A program made the translations under genes and the position numbers. A stretch of 64,000 nt of DNA from an uncultured Alphaproteobacteria bacterium. GTDB lineage: Bacteria > Pseudomonadota > Alphaproteobacteria > Rs-D84. Where the stretch lies: the NCBI GenBank assembly GCA_947053455.1, contig CAMRSV010000002.1, positions 32,001-96,000 of the forward strand, read 5' to 3'. Below are positions 21,398 through 30,719 of the stretch, piece by piece. Position 1 is the stretch's first letter, and each line of letters begins with the position of its first letter. The notes under the pieces were generated by a model. That model made no database searches. It saw only the letters and a program-made list of their open reading frames with translations, and was not told the DNA's origin.

Positions 21398-22358
21398 ATC
21401 TCTTCCTAAAACTTGTTTTTGCCCCTTCTGGCACAATCAAAATTTTACCGCCCAGACGCCGCACCGTACAATGCCCCAACGTAAATTTGCAATCGTGTTG
21501 CAATTTATCTAGTGCGATATTTAACGAATTCAAGCGCGGTCTGTACTCATCCCCCCCTATTTTTTGAATAAGCGTTCCCAGCAACTTTAGTCTAATATCC
21601 ATGCCCTGGTCAAACAGAAAAGAATCAGAAAACATTGCATACCCATCATGCATAACATGTGCGACATGTTCGTCAATGTCCGTATCAATCGCGTCACGCA
21701 CCCGCCCCAGATTTTTTATAGCCAGTAATATTCTATCGTCGCTGATTCCTAGCTTTTCAGACAACATATGACGATTTTTACGAATTTTAACACGCGTGTA
21801 CTTCTCGTCATCATTCATTTCATCGCAAAAATATTTTATGGCGTTATCATCGCAATATTTTTTCAGTTCTGTGCGCGATACCTCTAATAATGGTCGCACG
21901 ATTTTCACCCCGTCGCGAAATGTCACCGTCTGCATCGCAGATAGCCCGGCAAGCCCGCTGCCCCGTCCCAGATTCATCAGAAATGTTTCAATCTGGTCAT
22001 CGGCCTGATGCGCGACAAAAAGCGCATCTATGTCATTTTCACGGCAAAAATCCGTCATAAATTTATATCGTGCGGCACGTGCCGCGGCCTCTAGGCCTGA
22101 CGACGGCTTTGCGCCGGCCCATTTGAACACATGGCATGGAATCCCCAGTTCCGCACACATATGTTGAACATAAGCGGCCTCGGTATCGGCGGCGGGACGC
22201 AACCCATGATTTACATGCAATGCAACCACATCCGCCCCAACACGCCCCAACCAGCATAGCAGGCACACCGAATCCACACCACCAGATATGGCCACGGCAA
22301 TTTTCTGGTCGGTGTAATTATGCATAAAATCAACAAACTTTTTATTCATCGTCGCCAT
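21372..22358 (-). CDS. tilS: tRNA(Ile) lysidine synthetase
   Basis: SGGVDS, HVNHGLR, AHQADDQIET; canonical tilS-ftsH order. Confidence 0.95.
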   Translation of the reverse strand: MATMNKKFVDFMHNYTDQKIAVAISGGVDSVCLLCWLGRVGADVVALHVNHGLRPAADTEAAYVQHMCAELGIPCHVFKWAGAKPSSGLEAAARAARYKFMTDFCRENDIDALFVAHQADDQIETFLMNLGRGSGLAGLSAMQTVTFRDGVKIVRPLLEVSRTELKKYCDDNAIKYFCDEMNDDEKYTRVKIRKNRHMLSEKLGISDDRILLAIKNLGRVRDAIDTDIDEHVAHVMHDGYAMFSDSFLFDQGMDIRLKLLGTLIQKIGGDEYRPRLNSLNIALDKLQHDCKFTLGHCTVRRLGGKILIVPEGAKTSFRKRYEKNKRNI

Positions 22359-22398
22359 ATTTTATGCTATAATTCGCAAAAATAAAGGGAAAAAGAAA

Positions 22399-22959
22399 AT
22401 GGCGCAAAAATTAAAATCAATCGCGGTATATTGCGGTCATCAATTCGGGAACAAACCGGATTTTGCGCGTGATGCGGCAAAAATCGGCGAAATGTTGGCA
22501 AAAAACGGGATAAAAATGGTTTTTGGCGGTGGCAACGTCGGATTGATGGGTACGGTGGCCAGCGCAGCATTGGCCAACGGGGGCCACGTGACGGGCATAA
22601 CAACACATGATGTTGTCGCAAAACAAGAACCCATGCACGACGGCATAGACGAATTTGAAATCGTTGGCGGCGTAAATGAAAGAAAGCAGAAAATGTTTGA
22701 ATTATCCGACGGTTTTATAATTCTGCCAGGTGGGACGGGAACCTTAAATGAATTAACCGACATAATGACGATGCAGCAAATTGGCGAAACGAAAAAGCCA
22801 TTGTTCTTTATGAACACAAAAAACTTCTGGGGGCCATTTGCGCGCCTGCTAGTTCATATGAAGCAATCCGGATTTTTTGTCCACCCCGAAGATTACAACA
22901 TGCAGGGCGCCACAACCCCCGAAGAATTAATGGAACTGGTTTTGAACTATCGCGATTAA
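22399..22959 (+). CDS. LOG family (TIGR00730-like) nucleotide phosphoribohydrolase
   Basis: GGGNVGLMG, ERK, PGGTGTLNE. Confidence 0.9.
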   Translation: MAQKLKSIAVYCGHQFGNKPDFARDAAKIGEMLAKNGIKMVFGGGNVGLMGTVASAALANGGHVTGITTHDVVAKQEPMHDGIDEFEIVGGVNERKQKMFELSDGFIILPGGTGTLNELTDIMTMQQIGETKKPLFFMNTKNFWGPFARLLVHMKQSGFFVHPEDYNMQGATTPEELMELVLNYRD

Positions 22960-23177
22960 TACTCAATAACCTTGTCGCGGGATGTGAGCCCACGAATGAT
23001 TTTAATGCTGGTTTTCGGTACATCCAAATGCCGAGCCAGCATTTTTATCACCGCCGCATTCGCGTCGCCATCCGCGGGCGCGGCGGTTGTATAAACGCGC
23101 AATGTGCCGTCTGTGGCGCTTTCCACCGCATTGCGACGCGCACGCGGAATAACCCTAATATTTATTCGCACAGGCAT
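22956..23177 (-). CDS. DUF167 family protein
   Basis: V.P.A, AAPADGDAN, G.TSRDK pattern. Confidence 0.85.
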   Translation of the reverse strand: MPVRINIRVIPRARRNAVESATDGTLRVYTTAAPADGDANAAVIKMLARHLDVPKTSIKIIRGLTSRDKVIEY

Positions 23178-23542
23178 TTCACCATTTTACCCAGTTCCAC
23201 CGTCTTTTCACCAGCCATCAAGTGCATATGGAAATGAAACACAGACTGCTTTATAAACGGGGCATCCGCACCGGCATTAGCCAACGCGTTAAAATTCGCA
23301 TCAATCCCTAAAATTTGCGCCGTTTTGGCAAAGCATTCCCAGAATCCGGCCTGGGCAGATGCCGGGGCATGCGTCGCAAAATCTAAAATGTTTTCATATT
23401 CGCCCTTGGGTATAATAAGCGCATGCTTTGAAAACAATGGATTTATATCATGAAAACTTAACGCAAAATCGTTTTCATATATTTTATTGCACGGAATTTC
23501 ACCGCGAATTATTTTTGCAAACACATTTTCTTTGTCATACAT
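23162..23542 (-). CDS. HIT domain protein
   Basis: NVFAKIIRGEIP, QSVFHFHMH. Confidence 0.9.
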   Translation of the reverse strand: MYDKENVFAKIIRGEIPCNKIYENDFALSFHDINPLFSKHALIIPKGEYENILDFATHAPASAQAGFWECFAKTAQILGIDANFNALANAGADAPFIKQSVFHFHMHLMAGEKTVELGKMVKCLCE

Positions 23543-23656
23543 ATTTATATTCCCCTTGTCCGTATGTAAAAACAATATTACACTGTGGTTATAAAATCAA
23601 GCCTTGAAATGCGCGACCGACGCATTATATTAAACGCAAGAGCCAAGGAGAAACAC

Positions 23657-23941
23657 ATGTTCAAACCATTACACAATTATGTATTACTGGAAAGAATCGA
23701 AGAAGAAAACAAAACAGCGGGCGGCATCATAATCCCGGACAACGCACGTGAAAAACCATCACGTGGTCGCGTGGTTGCATGCGGCGACGGCACAACGGAA
23801 AACGGCGTTAAAATCCCTATGTCGGTAAAGCCTGACGACACGGTTCTGTTTGCGAAATGGGCATCCAGTGCAAACGAAGTCAAAATAGACGGCAAAGACT
23901 ATGTATTGATAAAGGAAACCGATATTTTGGGAATTTTATAA
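23657..23941 (+). CDS. groES: co-chaperonin GroES
   Basis: KPLH, TAGGIIIPD; AAGGAG RBS. Confidence 0.96.
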   Translation: MFKPLHNYVLLERIEEENKTAGGIIIPDNAREKPSRGRVVACGDGTTENGVKIPMSVKPDDTVLFAKWASSANEVKIDGKDYVLIKETDILGIL

Positions 23942-23965
23942 AATTCAAAAGGAAAGGAATAGAAA

Positions 23966-25585
23966 ATGGCAAAAGATATTGTTTTTAATACGGACAAACT
24001 GGCTGCAGGCGTTGATAAATTGGCCGACGCGGTAAAAATCACCATGGGTCCCAAGGGGCGCACAGTCGTAATAGACAAGTCATACGGCGCACCCGTCGCA
24101 ACCAAAGACGGCGTTACCGTGGCCAAGGCGGTATCATTAAAAGACCCGGCCGAAAACATCGGTGCACGCATGGTTCAAGAAGTTGCGAAAAAGGCCGGCG
24201 ACGATGCCGGTGACGGCACCACAACGGCGACCGTTTTGGCACAAAAACTAATCCGCGAAGGGCGCCGCGTTATCGCCGCGGGTATGAACCCCATGGACAT
24301 CAAACGCGGAATTGACGTTGCAGTTGCGGCCGTTGTTGATGATATTGACGCGCACGCCCGCCCGGTAAAAAACAGCGCCGAAATCGCCCAGGTTGCGACG
24401 ATTTCTGCCAATTCCGATGCAGACATTGGTAAAAAAATTGCCGATGCAATGGAAAAGGTTGGCAAAGAAGGCGTCATCACCGTTGAAGAGGCCAAGGGAT
24501 TGGAAACCGAAATTGATGTTGTAGAAGGCATGCAATTCGACCAGGGATTCATGTCGCCCTATTTCGTGACAAATAGTGAAAAAATGCTGGCCGAGCTGGA
24601 CGGTGCGCAGATTTTGGTGTCTGAAAAGAAAATCACGGGGTTGCAGGCGTTGCTGCCGATACTGGAACCAATTGCGCAATCGGGCCGGCCGCTACTGATT
24701 ATTGCCGAAGACGTTGAATCCGAGGCATTGGCAACATTGGTCTTGAACCGGTTGCGTGGGGGATTAAAAGTATGCGCGGTCAAGGCACCGGGCTTTGGCG
24801 ATAGACGCAAAGAAATGCTGAAAGACATCGCGACGGTCACCGGCGCAACGGTAATATCCGATGATATGGGCATGACATTTGAAAATATTTCAATGGATAT
24901 GCTGGGCACAGCCAAGAAAGTTGTTGTCAGCAAAGATTCAACATTACTGGCGCACGGCGGCGGTGATAAAAAGGCGATTGCGGCGCGCGCGGATGAAATT
25001 CGCGTGGCGCTATCGAACACAACCAGCGAATACGACCGTGAAAAATTGTCGGAAAGACTGGCCAAATTGGTCGGCGGTGTCGCAGTTATAAAGGTTGGCG
25101 GCATGACCGAGGTTGAGGTTAAAGAAAAGAAAGACCGCGTTGACGACGCATTGGCGGCAACACGCGCCGCGGTGGCCAGTGGCATCGTCGCGGGCGGCGG
25201 CGTGGCATTGGTTCGCGCGGTCAAGGCACTGGAAAAATTAAAGGGCGAGAACACAGACCAGAATGTCGGAATTGACATTGTGCGTCGCACGCTTGTTGCG
25301 CCATGCGCCCAGATTGCAGAAAACGCGGGCGTATCGGGCGAAATCGTTGTTGGCAAGGTTATGGAAGCCAAAGATTACAATTTTGGCTATAACGCACAAA
25401 CCGGCGAATACGTCGACATGATGAAGGCGGGCATTATCGACCCGGCCAAAGTCGTCAAGACCGCAATTGCCGCCGCCGCCAGCACGGCGGGCGTAATGCT
25501 GACCACAGGATGCGTAATGTCGGAAATTCCCGAAGAAAAACCGGCCACCCCACAAATGCCGGGTGGCATGCCGGGCATGATGTAA
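23966..25585 (+). CDS. groEL: chaperonin GroEL
   Basis: [29 protein letters not shown]-like tail. Confidence 0.98.
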   Translation: MAKDIVFNTDKLAAGVDKLADAVKITMGPKGRTVVIDKSYGAPVATKDGVTVAKAVSLKDPAENIGARMVQEVAKKAGDDAGDGTTTATVLAQKLIREGRRVIAAGMNPMDIKRGIDVAVAAVVDDIDAHARPVKNSAEIAQVATISANSDADIGKKIADAMEKVGKEGVITVEEAKGLETEIDVVEGMQFDQGFMSPYFVTNSEKMLAELDGAQILVSEKKITGLQALLPILEPIAQSGRPLLIIAEDVESEALATLVLNRLRGGLKVCAVKAPGFGDRRKEMLKDIATVTGATVISDDMGMTFENISMDMLGTAKKVVVSKDSTLLAHGGGDKKAIAARADEIRVALSNTTSEYDREKLSERLAKLVGGVAVIKVGGMTEVEVKEKKDRVDDALAATRAAVASGIVAGGGVALVRAVKALEKLKGENTDQNVGIDIVRRTLVAPCAQIAENAGVSGEIVVGKVMEAKDYNFGYNAQTGEYVDMMKAGIIDPAKVVKTAIAAAASTAGVMLTTGCVMSEIPEEKPATPQMPGGMPGMM

Positions 25586-25631
25586 TATAAATGCCCTATA
25601 ATTTATACCGCCCCGGATTGGGGCGGTAATA

Positions 25632-25850
25632 TTATTCATTAAAATACGGTGGTAAATGCAATGAACGATGCGTTGCCGATATAAAACAAATCAATTGAAA
25701 TGTACTGGGGGTATATCGACCGCTTATGAACCGTTGATATTCTGCGTCCGTCATACAAAGCGCGGTTTGCGCAATATGGTCGGGGATGTTTAATTCGTCT
25801 TGGATTTGACGGACCTGTTGATATAGTTTTAGCGCAGGTTTTCTTTCCAT
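25632..25850 (-). CDS. small XRE/Cro-like helix-turn-helix protein
   Basis: GGGGA RBS; VRQIQDELNI...ALCMTDAEYQRFISGRYTPS resembles the HTH_3 pattern. Confidence 0.6.
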   Translation of the reverse strand: MERKPALKLYQQVRQIQDELNIPDHIAQTALCMTDAEYQRFISGRYTPSTFQLICFISATHRSLHLPPYFNE

Positions 25851-25881
25851 GCCTAATTTCCCCCATATTTTGAAATCAAAC

Positions 25882-26055
25882 AAAAAACCACTAGAAAACT
25901 TTCAAGTGGTTGGAGGTTGAGAACTATAATTCTCGGAAAATAGTGCCACTTATTTATATATATCGTGACCCTCCAACCTGCTGGTTGGAGATGTTTTTTG
26001 TCATCACTGACACCGAAAATTGAGATTCTCATATCTCAAATAGTATACTACTATC
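25882..26055 (-). ncRNA. structured leader/attenuator-like element, copy C
   Basis: TGAGAAT..AATTTTCGG pairs with CCGAGAATT..GTTCTCA; CTCCAACC / GGTTGGAGG / CCTCCAACC switch; CCACT..AGTGG + T6 terminator; TTGCAA..TGtTAAAAT promoter upstream. Confidence 0.8.
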
Positions 26056-26149
26056 ACTTGTAATTTTAACACACAGGAATCAAATTGCAAACAATTTATT
26101 ATCCATTGGATTGCCACGCCACCCGGCGCCCCACAATGACAAATAAAAA

Positions 26150-26317
26150 TCATCAAAAAACTTTCATGCAGTTGGAGGTTAAGAACTATAATACTCAATA
26201 GTGCCTGTTATTCAACATATTCACAGGCCTCCAACCACAAATATGATTGGAAGATTGTTTCGCCATCTCATGCGTATACGAACAGGTTATGAAGCCTGGT
26301 GACAAAACTCTTGTCAC
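26150..26317 (-). ncRNA. structured element copy D (hybrid, no ORF)
   Basis: Own promoter-like TTGATT..TGaTATGTT and 5' hairpin; 5' block 38/40 identical to E; 3' block 24/26 identical to C. Confidence 0.75.
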
Positions 26318-26378
26318 TGTTGAATAACATATCACAATTTTATAAAAAATCAAATATAAAGAATTGAAAAATTATTTA

Positions 26379-26522
26379 GGTTGGAGCTTCATAACAATCG
26401 TATAAATTGCATGACTTATTGGATATTCGTCATACTCCAACCCATATAAAGTTGGAGATGTATCGCCATCTCATGCGTATACGAACAGTTTATGAAGACT
26501 GGCAAAAGCAACACGCCTTTGC
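26379..26522 (-). ncRNA. structured element copy E (no ORF, no clear terminator)
   Basis: TTGCAA-N17-TATAGT promoter; CTTCATAA..TCGTATA pairs with TATACGA..TTATGAAG; CTCCAAC / GGTTGGAG / CTCCAACC. Confidence 0.75.
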
Positions 26523-26576
26523 ATTAAGTACTATATCCTAATTATTCAGAATTTGCAATAAGTAAAAACCAAGGGC

Positions 26577-26607
26577 AAAAAATCCCCGCGACCGCGGGGA
26601 TTTTTTT
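26577..26607 (-). terminator. rne terminator
   Basis: AATCCCCGCG-AC-CGCGGGGATT hairpin with A and T tracts. Confidence 0.8.
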
Positions 26608-26614
26608 GTTTTAT

Positions 26615-28408
26615 TTAGCCGATTATTTTCTGCCATATGGTTTTCTTTTTCGGCTGTTTCTTGCGGCGGCGGCGCGGCGCATTCATTGTTGTTTTTTTCG
26701 CATCCGCATGCTGCACATTTTTCTTTTTAACGTCGGTTGACGGTGCATGCGCGGTCAACAATTCTTCCGTTTTGTTCTGTTCCGGGGCAACACGCTGAAT
26801 TGAATACTGGTCAATATTCATCAGGCTATCATCACCCACAATTACGATTTCGGTTTCGAACTTGGCCTCCATTTCTGCCAATTCCGCACGCTTGTGATTT
26901 AGCAGATACACCGCCACATCCGTCGGTACGGTCATGATGATTTTCTGCGCGGCCTTGGCCAACAATTTTTCCTGTAGATGACGGAACATTATTATTGCGG
27001 CGGTCTGAATACTGGGCACAACACCCGCCCCCATGCAGTACGGGCACTGAACATAAGACGATTCCATAAAACTACTGCGCAGTCTTTGGCGCGACAGCAT
27101 CAAAACCCCAAAATTATTAATCTTGGCCACCTGGGTGCGTGCACGGTCGCGTTTCATAACCTCGCGCATTTTTAGTTCCAGTTTGCGATTGTTGCGTTCT
27201 TCCTCCATATCAATAAAGTCAATCGCGACAATACCCGCCAAATCGCGCAGGCGCAGTTGCAGGGCGATTTCCTCGGCTGCCTCCAAATTGGTGTTAAGCG
27301 CCGTTTGCTCAATATCCTTTTCCTTAATCGCGCGCGATGAATTAACGTCAATTGTAACCATCGCCTCGGTCTGATTTATAACCAATGAGCCGCCCGACGG
27401 CAACTGAACGTATGGACCGTGCAGACCCTCTAACTGCTTTTCAACGCCGGCCTTTACCATTAATGGAACGCCTGCATCCTTGTAATTCACCAATTGTTTG
27501 CGCGGGGCGCGGCCGTACATTTGCTGAAAATATTGTTTCGCGGCTTCAAACGCCTCTTCGCCCTGGATAATTAATACATCATCCTTGTCCGACAGGAAAT
27601 CGCGCACAACGCGACGCAGAAGCGAATCTTCGGTATGAATAGTTACCGGCGCAACCGATTCCAATGTGGTCTTGCGAATTTCATTCCACAAATTGACCAA
27701 GTAATCATAGTCCGCCGCGATATCCGCCGCCGACGCGCCAAACGCCGCCGTGCGCAGGACAACCGTCATTCCCTTTGGAATTTTTAACCCGTGCAGAATT
27801 TCACGCAAACGCGCGCGTTCGGGTTTGTCCGAAATCTTTTTGGAAATACCGTAACTGTTACGCTTGCGGGAATTGGGCATCAATACCGCAAACCGTCCCG
27901 CCAATGACAGGTACGTCGTCATGGACGCACCCTTTTGACCGCGTTCTTCCTTCACGCCCTGAACCAGCAAGATTTGTTTCGGCTTAATAACATCCTGAAT
28001 TTTGAATTCACGCGCGCGCTTGGCAAATTCCTTGTTGTCTTCGCCGGCACTCTGGTCATCATATTCGGCGACTTCGTCCCCTTCGTCATCGGGGTCATCA
28101 TCATCGTCAACGATGTTGGCATGCGCCAATTCCAGTAATTTTTTCTTTTGCTCGGCCGTTACCTGATAATATTCGGGGTTGATTTCCGAAAACGGTAAAA
28201 ATCCGTTCTTGCCCGAACCGTAATCAACAAACGCCGCCTGCAGCGATGGTTCAACACGAATTACTTTTGCAAGATAAATATTTCCCTTTATCTGGGGCTT
28301 GGTCGTGGTTTCAACATCAAAATCAGAAACACGATTTGTTGCGGTATCCACAACAACGACGCGTGTTTCCTCCGGGTGGACTGCATCCACATAAATTTTC
28401 TTTGACAT
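26615..28408 (-). CDS. rne: ribonuclease E/G family
   Basis: GNIYLAKVIRVEPSLQAAFVDYG, IDVNS, DFIDM, CPYCMG; acidic S1-domain insertion. Confidence 0.95.
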   Translation of the reverse strand: MSKKIYVDAVHPEETRVVVVDTATNRVSDFDVETTTKPQIKGNIYLAKVIRVEPSLQAAFVDYGSGKNGFLPFSEINPEYYQVTAEQKKKLLELAHANIVDDDDDPDDEGDEVAEYDDQSAGEDNKEFAKRAREFKIQDVIKPKQILLVQGVKEERGQKGASMTTYLSLAGRFAVLMPNSRKRNSYGISKKISDKPERARLREILHGLKIPKGMTVVLRTAAFGASAADIAADYDYLVNLWNEIRKTTLESVAPVTIHTEDSLLRRVVRDFLSDKDDVLIIQGEEAFEAAKQYFQQMYGRAPRKQLVNYKDAGVPLMVKAGVEKQLEGLHGPYVQLPSGGSLVINQTEAMVTIDVNSSRAIKEKDIEQTALNTNLEAAEEIALQLRLRDLAGIVAIDFIDMEEERNNRKLELKMREVMKRDRARTQVAKINNFGVLMLSRQRLRSSFMESSYVQCPYCMGAGVVPSIQTAAIIMFRHLQEKLLAKAAQKIIMTVPTDVAVYLLNHKRAELAEMEAKFETEIVIVGDDSLMNIDQYSIQRVAPEQNKTEELLTAHAPSTDVKKKNVQHADAKKTTMNAPRRRRKKQPKKKTIWQKIIG

Positions 28409-28614
28409 TTTGTAATCCTTTGTTTTGTGATGCGTATGCAATGGAAACAACCCGTCCCCGTGGGGCGTCCAAGCCCATGCCAAGAGAAGGCGCAATGATG
28501 ATAAACAGCGCGTCGCGGATTATTGAAAAAAGTGATAGTATAAACACCTGTATTAACCCCATGTCATACGACAAGGTTAAGCATAGCACGCCCCACCACG
28601 CAAAGGCAAGGTAT

Positions 28615-29637
28615 TTATTTTCCGGTCTTTTTATTTTTGCGAACTGGGATTCGGGGAATTTTTTCCTTGGCCTCGTTAATCCAGCGACGCATCCGCGCCC
28701 GCAGCCAGTTTTCATATATAAAGAACAGCCCGCCAACCCCGATTAATGGCAACACGTAATATATTATGCGATACGCCAACAATGCACCAAAAACACTTGC
28801 CTTGTCAATGTCGGTCGGCAATGCAATTAGGAAAATACTCTCAAACACACCGATGCCGCCGGGAACCTGGCTGAAAACGCCGGTGGTCTGCGCAATTACA
28901 AACAATCCGATAAATGTTCCAAACGGAATTGCCCAAAACGGCCGCAGGCAGAAATACAGCACCAAACCTGCCAAAACACTGTCCGTGATACCCAAAAGCA
29001 TTTGAATGATGGCCATTTGGGTTGTGGGAATCTCAAACCGAACAGTGCCGATTTTTACACTTTTACCATGAAAGAACACAGTCATTGCAAAATATGCCAA
29101 TATTGCCGCTGCACATGCGATAAATAGCGTATTAATACCGACACTGGCGCCCATGGAATTTTCAAACACATGACGCGGCACCAGAAAATATCCCATAACA
29201 ACAATCGCCGAACATCCCAGAAAATAAGTAAAACCGGATATGGTCAACATTTTTAAAATATCGCCCCCCCGAATTCGCCAACGGGTGTAAAGGCGATATC
29301 TAATCGCGCCACCAGAGACAACAGCATGCCCGGCATTATTGCTGATTGCAAAGCCCAACATCCCGGCCAGCATCCATTTCCACCAAGAAACCTTTTGATT
29401 TTCACCAACATAATTCAATGCCAGATAATCATACAGCGCCAATGCAAAATATCCCGCCAAACACGCCAGACACGCCCCCGCCAGATTAATCAGCGGAATA
29501 TCAGTAATTGCATGCCAAATGTCAGCCAAACTGTATGAATGCAATTGCCACCATAGCATACCTGCCGCCAGAATAAAAAAGAAAATCCCCGAATAACTAA
29601 TAAGTTTTTTTAGAATCCGCTTTGTCTTTGCCGACAT
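28615..29637 (-). CDS. lysylphosphatidylglycerol synthase TM-domain (MprF flippase-like) protein
   Basis: SGGAIRYRLY, QVPGGIGVFE, LLAYRIIYY. Confidence 0.85.
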   Translation of the reverse strand: MSAKTKRILKKLISYSGIFFFILAAGMLWWQLHSYSLADIWHAITDIPLINLAGACLACLAGYFALALYDYLALNYVGENQKVSWWKWMLAGMLGFAISNNAGHAVVSGGAIRYRLYTRWRIRGGDILKMLTISGFTYFLGCSAIVVMGYFLVPRHVFENSMGASVGINTLFIACAAAILAYFAMTVFFHGKSVKIGTVRFEIPTTQMAIIQMLLGITDSVLAGLVLYFCLRPFWAIPFGTFIGLFVIAQTTGVFSQVPGGIGVFESIFLIALPTDIDKASVFGALLAYRIIYYVLPLIGVGGLFFIYENWLRARMRRWINEAKEKIPRIPVRKNKKTGK

Positions 29638-29737
29638 ATAAATCCTTTTTAGCGTAGTCAAGGTTAGCAATAATATATTAAAATGCAAAGACAAAAAACA
29701 CTTTACAAATAAGGGCATTATAAATTATTATCTGCAT

Positions 29738-29938
29738 GTCACGGAATTGTTTCGTGGCGGGGCCTGATAACCCCATTCTGTGCGTCCGAACAATTATTCG
29801 GCGGTATGCGCCATTTTTGCTCTGACGATAAACAAAAAGCTCCTGGCTCATGGTCAGGAGGGTTGCGAATATAAAAATAAGCACGCAATTCACAGAATTG
29901 TTATCAGCCTCCTGACCATCATTAATTGATGGTTTTTT
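29738..29938 (+). ncRNA. structured leader/attenuator-like element, copy F
   Basis: TTTACA..TATTAT promoter; CTGATAAC..ATTCTGTG pairs with CACAGAAT..GTTATCAG; CTCCTGGC / ATGGTCAGGAGG / CCTCCTGACCAT switch; ACCATCA-TGATGGT + T-tract. Confidence 0.8.
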
Positions 29939-29961
29939 GAGTGGTAAACTAGGGGGAAGAT

Positions 29962-30612
29962 GTGAAAAAAATATTGTTTTTTTGTATATATGCAATGAGC
30001 GCGCTGACTACAAACGGCCTTGTTGCGGCGGATTATACATCTAGTGGCACACGTGTACCAGATGATGACTATATTTATTTCAGCGACGGTTACATGTGTT
30101 CGGACACATCTATTAATTCTGTTTCAAATCCAAATTCATTCAAAATTCTTACCGATGGCCAAACACTATACGATTCACAAAAGCGCGAATTGCTGTTATG
30201 TTGTGAATTCTATGGATATTGGGTCAGCTATGGCAACGTTCAGTCCCTGCCGGCCATCCCAACATGCGGAACGAAATATAATTGGGTAAGCTTGGGCGCC
30301 AATCGCTATTGCCAGGCGACAATGAAATCAACATATGACAGATGCGATAATTTGAATGGTTCCGGCGTTATTCCCAGTTCCAATGCCACGGGCGCATGCC
30401 AATATTCCAACGGGACATGCACAACATTTACGCATTGTGGACGCGGATATTATAAAGACGGAAACACATGCATCCAATGTCCCGATGGTGGCACAACATC
30501 TGGGTATACAAACAACGGGATAACCGCATGTAAGCTGCAATCCGGCACCAATAGCGCGGATGCGACCGGAACCTTTCTTATCTCTGGCGGCAGTTGCCCC
30601 TACTTAAGCTAA
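29962..30612 (+). CDS. Cys-rich secreted/surface protein
   Basis: AGGGGG RBS, signal peptide, CxxGYY..CxxCP motif. Confidence 0.8.
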   Translation: MKKILFFCIYAMSALTTNGLVAADYTSSGTRVPDDDYIYFSDGYMCSDTSINSVSNPNSFKILTDGQTLYDSQKRELLLCCEFYGYWVSYGNVQSLPAIPTCGTKYNWVSLGANRYCQATMKSTYDRCDNLNGSGVIPSSNATGACQYSNGTCTTFTHCGRGYYKDGNTCIQCPDGGTTSGYTNNGITACKLQSGTNSADATGTFLISGGSCPYLS

Positions 30613-30719
30613 ACCGAACTTTATTTATTGAAACATAAAAGTCTATATCCTTTTGACAAAACTACTTGACAAATCATATTTTTGGGATATTATGCCTAGT
30701 ACGTTAACAAGGTGTATTT

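Noticed and set aside
23580-23656. CIRCE operator before groES
   Set aside because: No TTAGCACTC-N9-GAGTGCTAA present.
24175-25639. Long antisense ORFs opposite groEL, and similar ones opposite ftsH, ligA and 324-1310
   Set aside because: Shadow ORFs from codon bias of the real genes.
26105-26141. GTCATTG...GTGGCAATCC segment resembling alphaproteobacterial palindromic repeats
   Set aside because: Single short degenerate half-copy; too weak to call.
25880-26530. CRISPR array suggested by recurring GTTGGAG/CTCCAAC
   Set aside because: The repeats are 7-9 nt, occur in both orientations with irregular spacing, and no cas genes are present; RNA helices explain them better.
10603-29938. T-box riboswitch reading of the elements (loops such as CTGATAA resemble anticodon loops)
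   Set aside because: No T-box consensus, no consistent UGGN matched to a discriminator base, and the downstream genes are not amino-acid related.
10603-29938. IS/MITE or integron attC reading of the elements
   Set aside because: No terminal inverted repeats, target duplications, transposase or integrase seen; copies have a fixed promoter-to-terminator polarity. Not fully excluded without genome-wide data.
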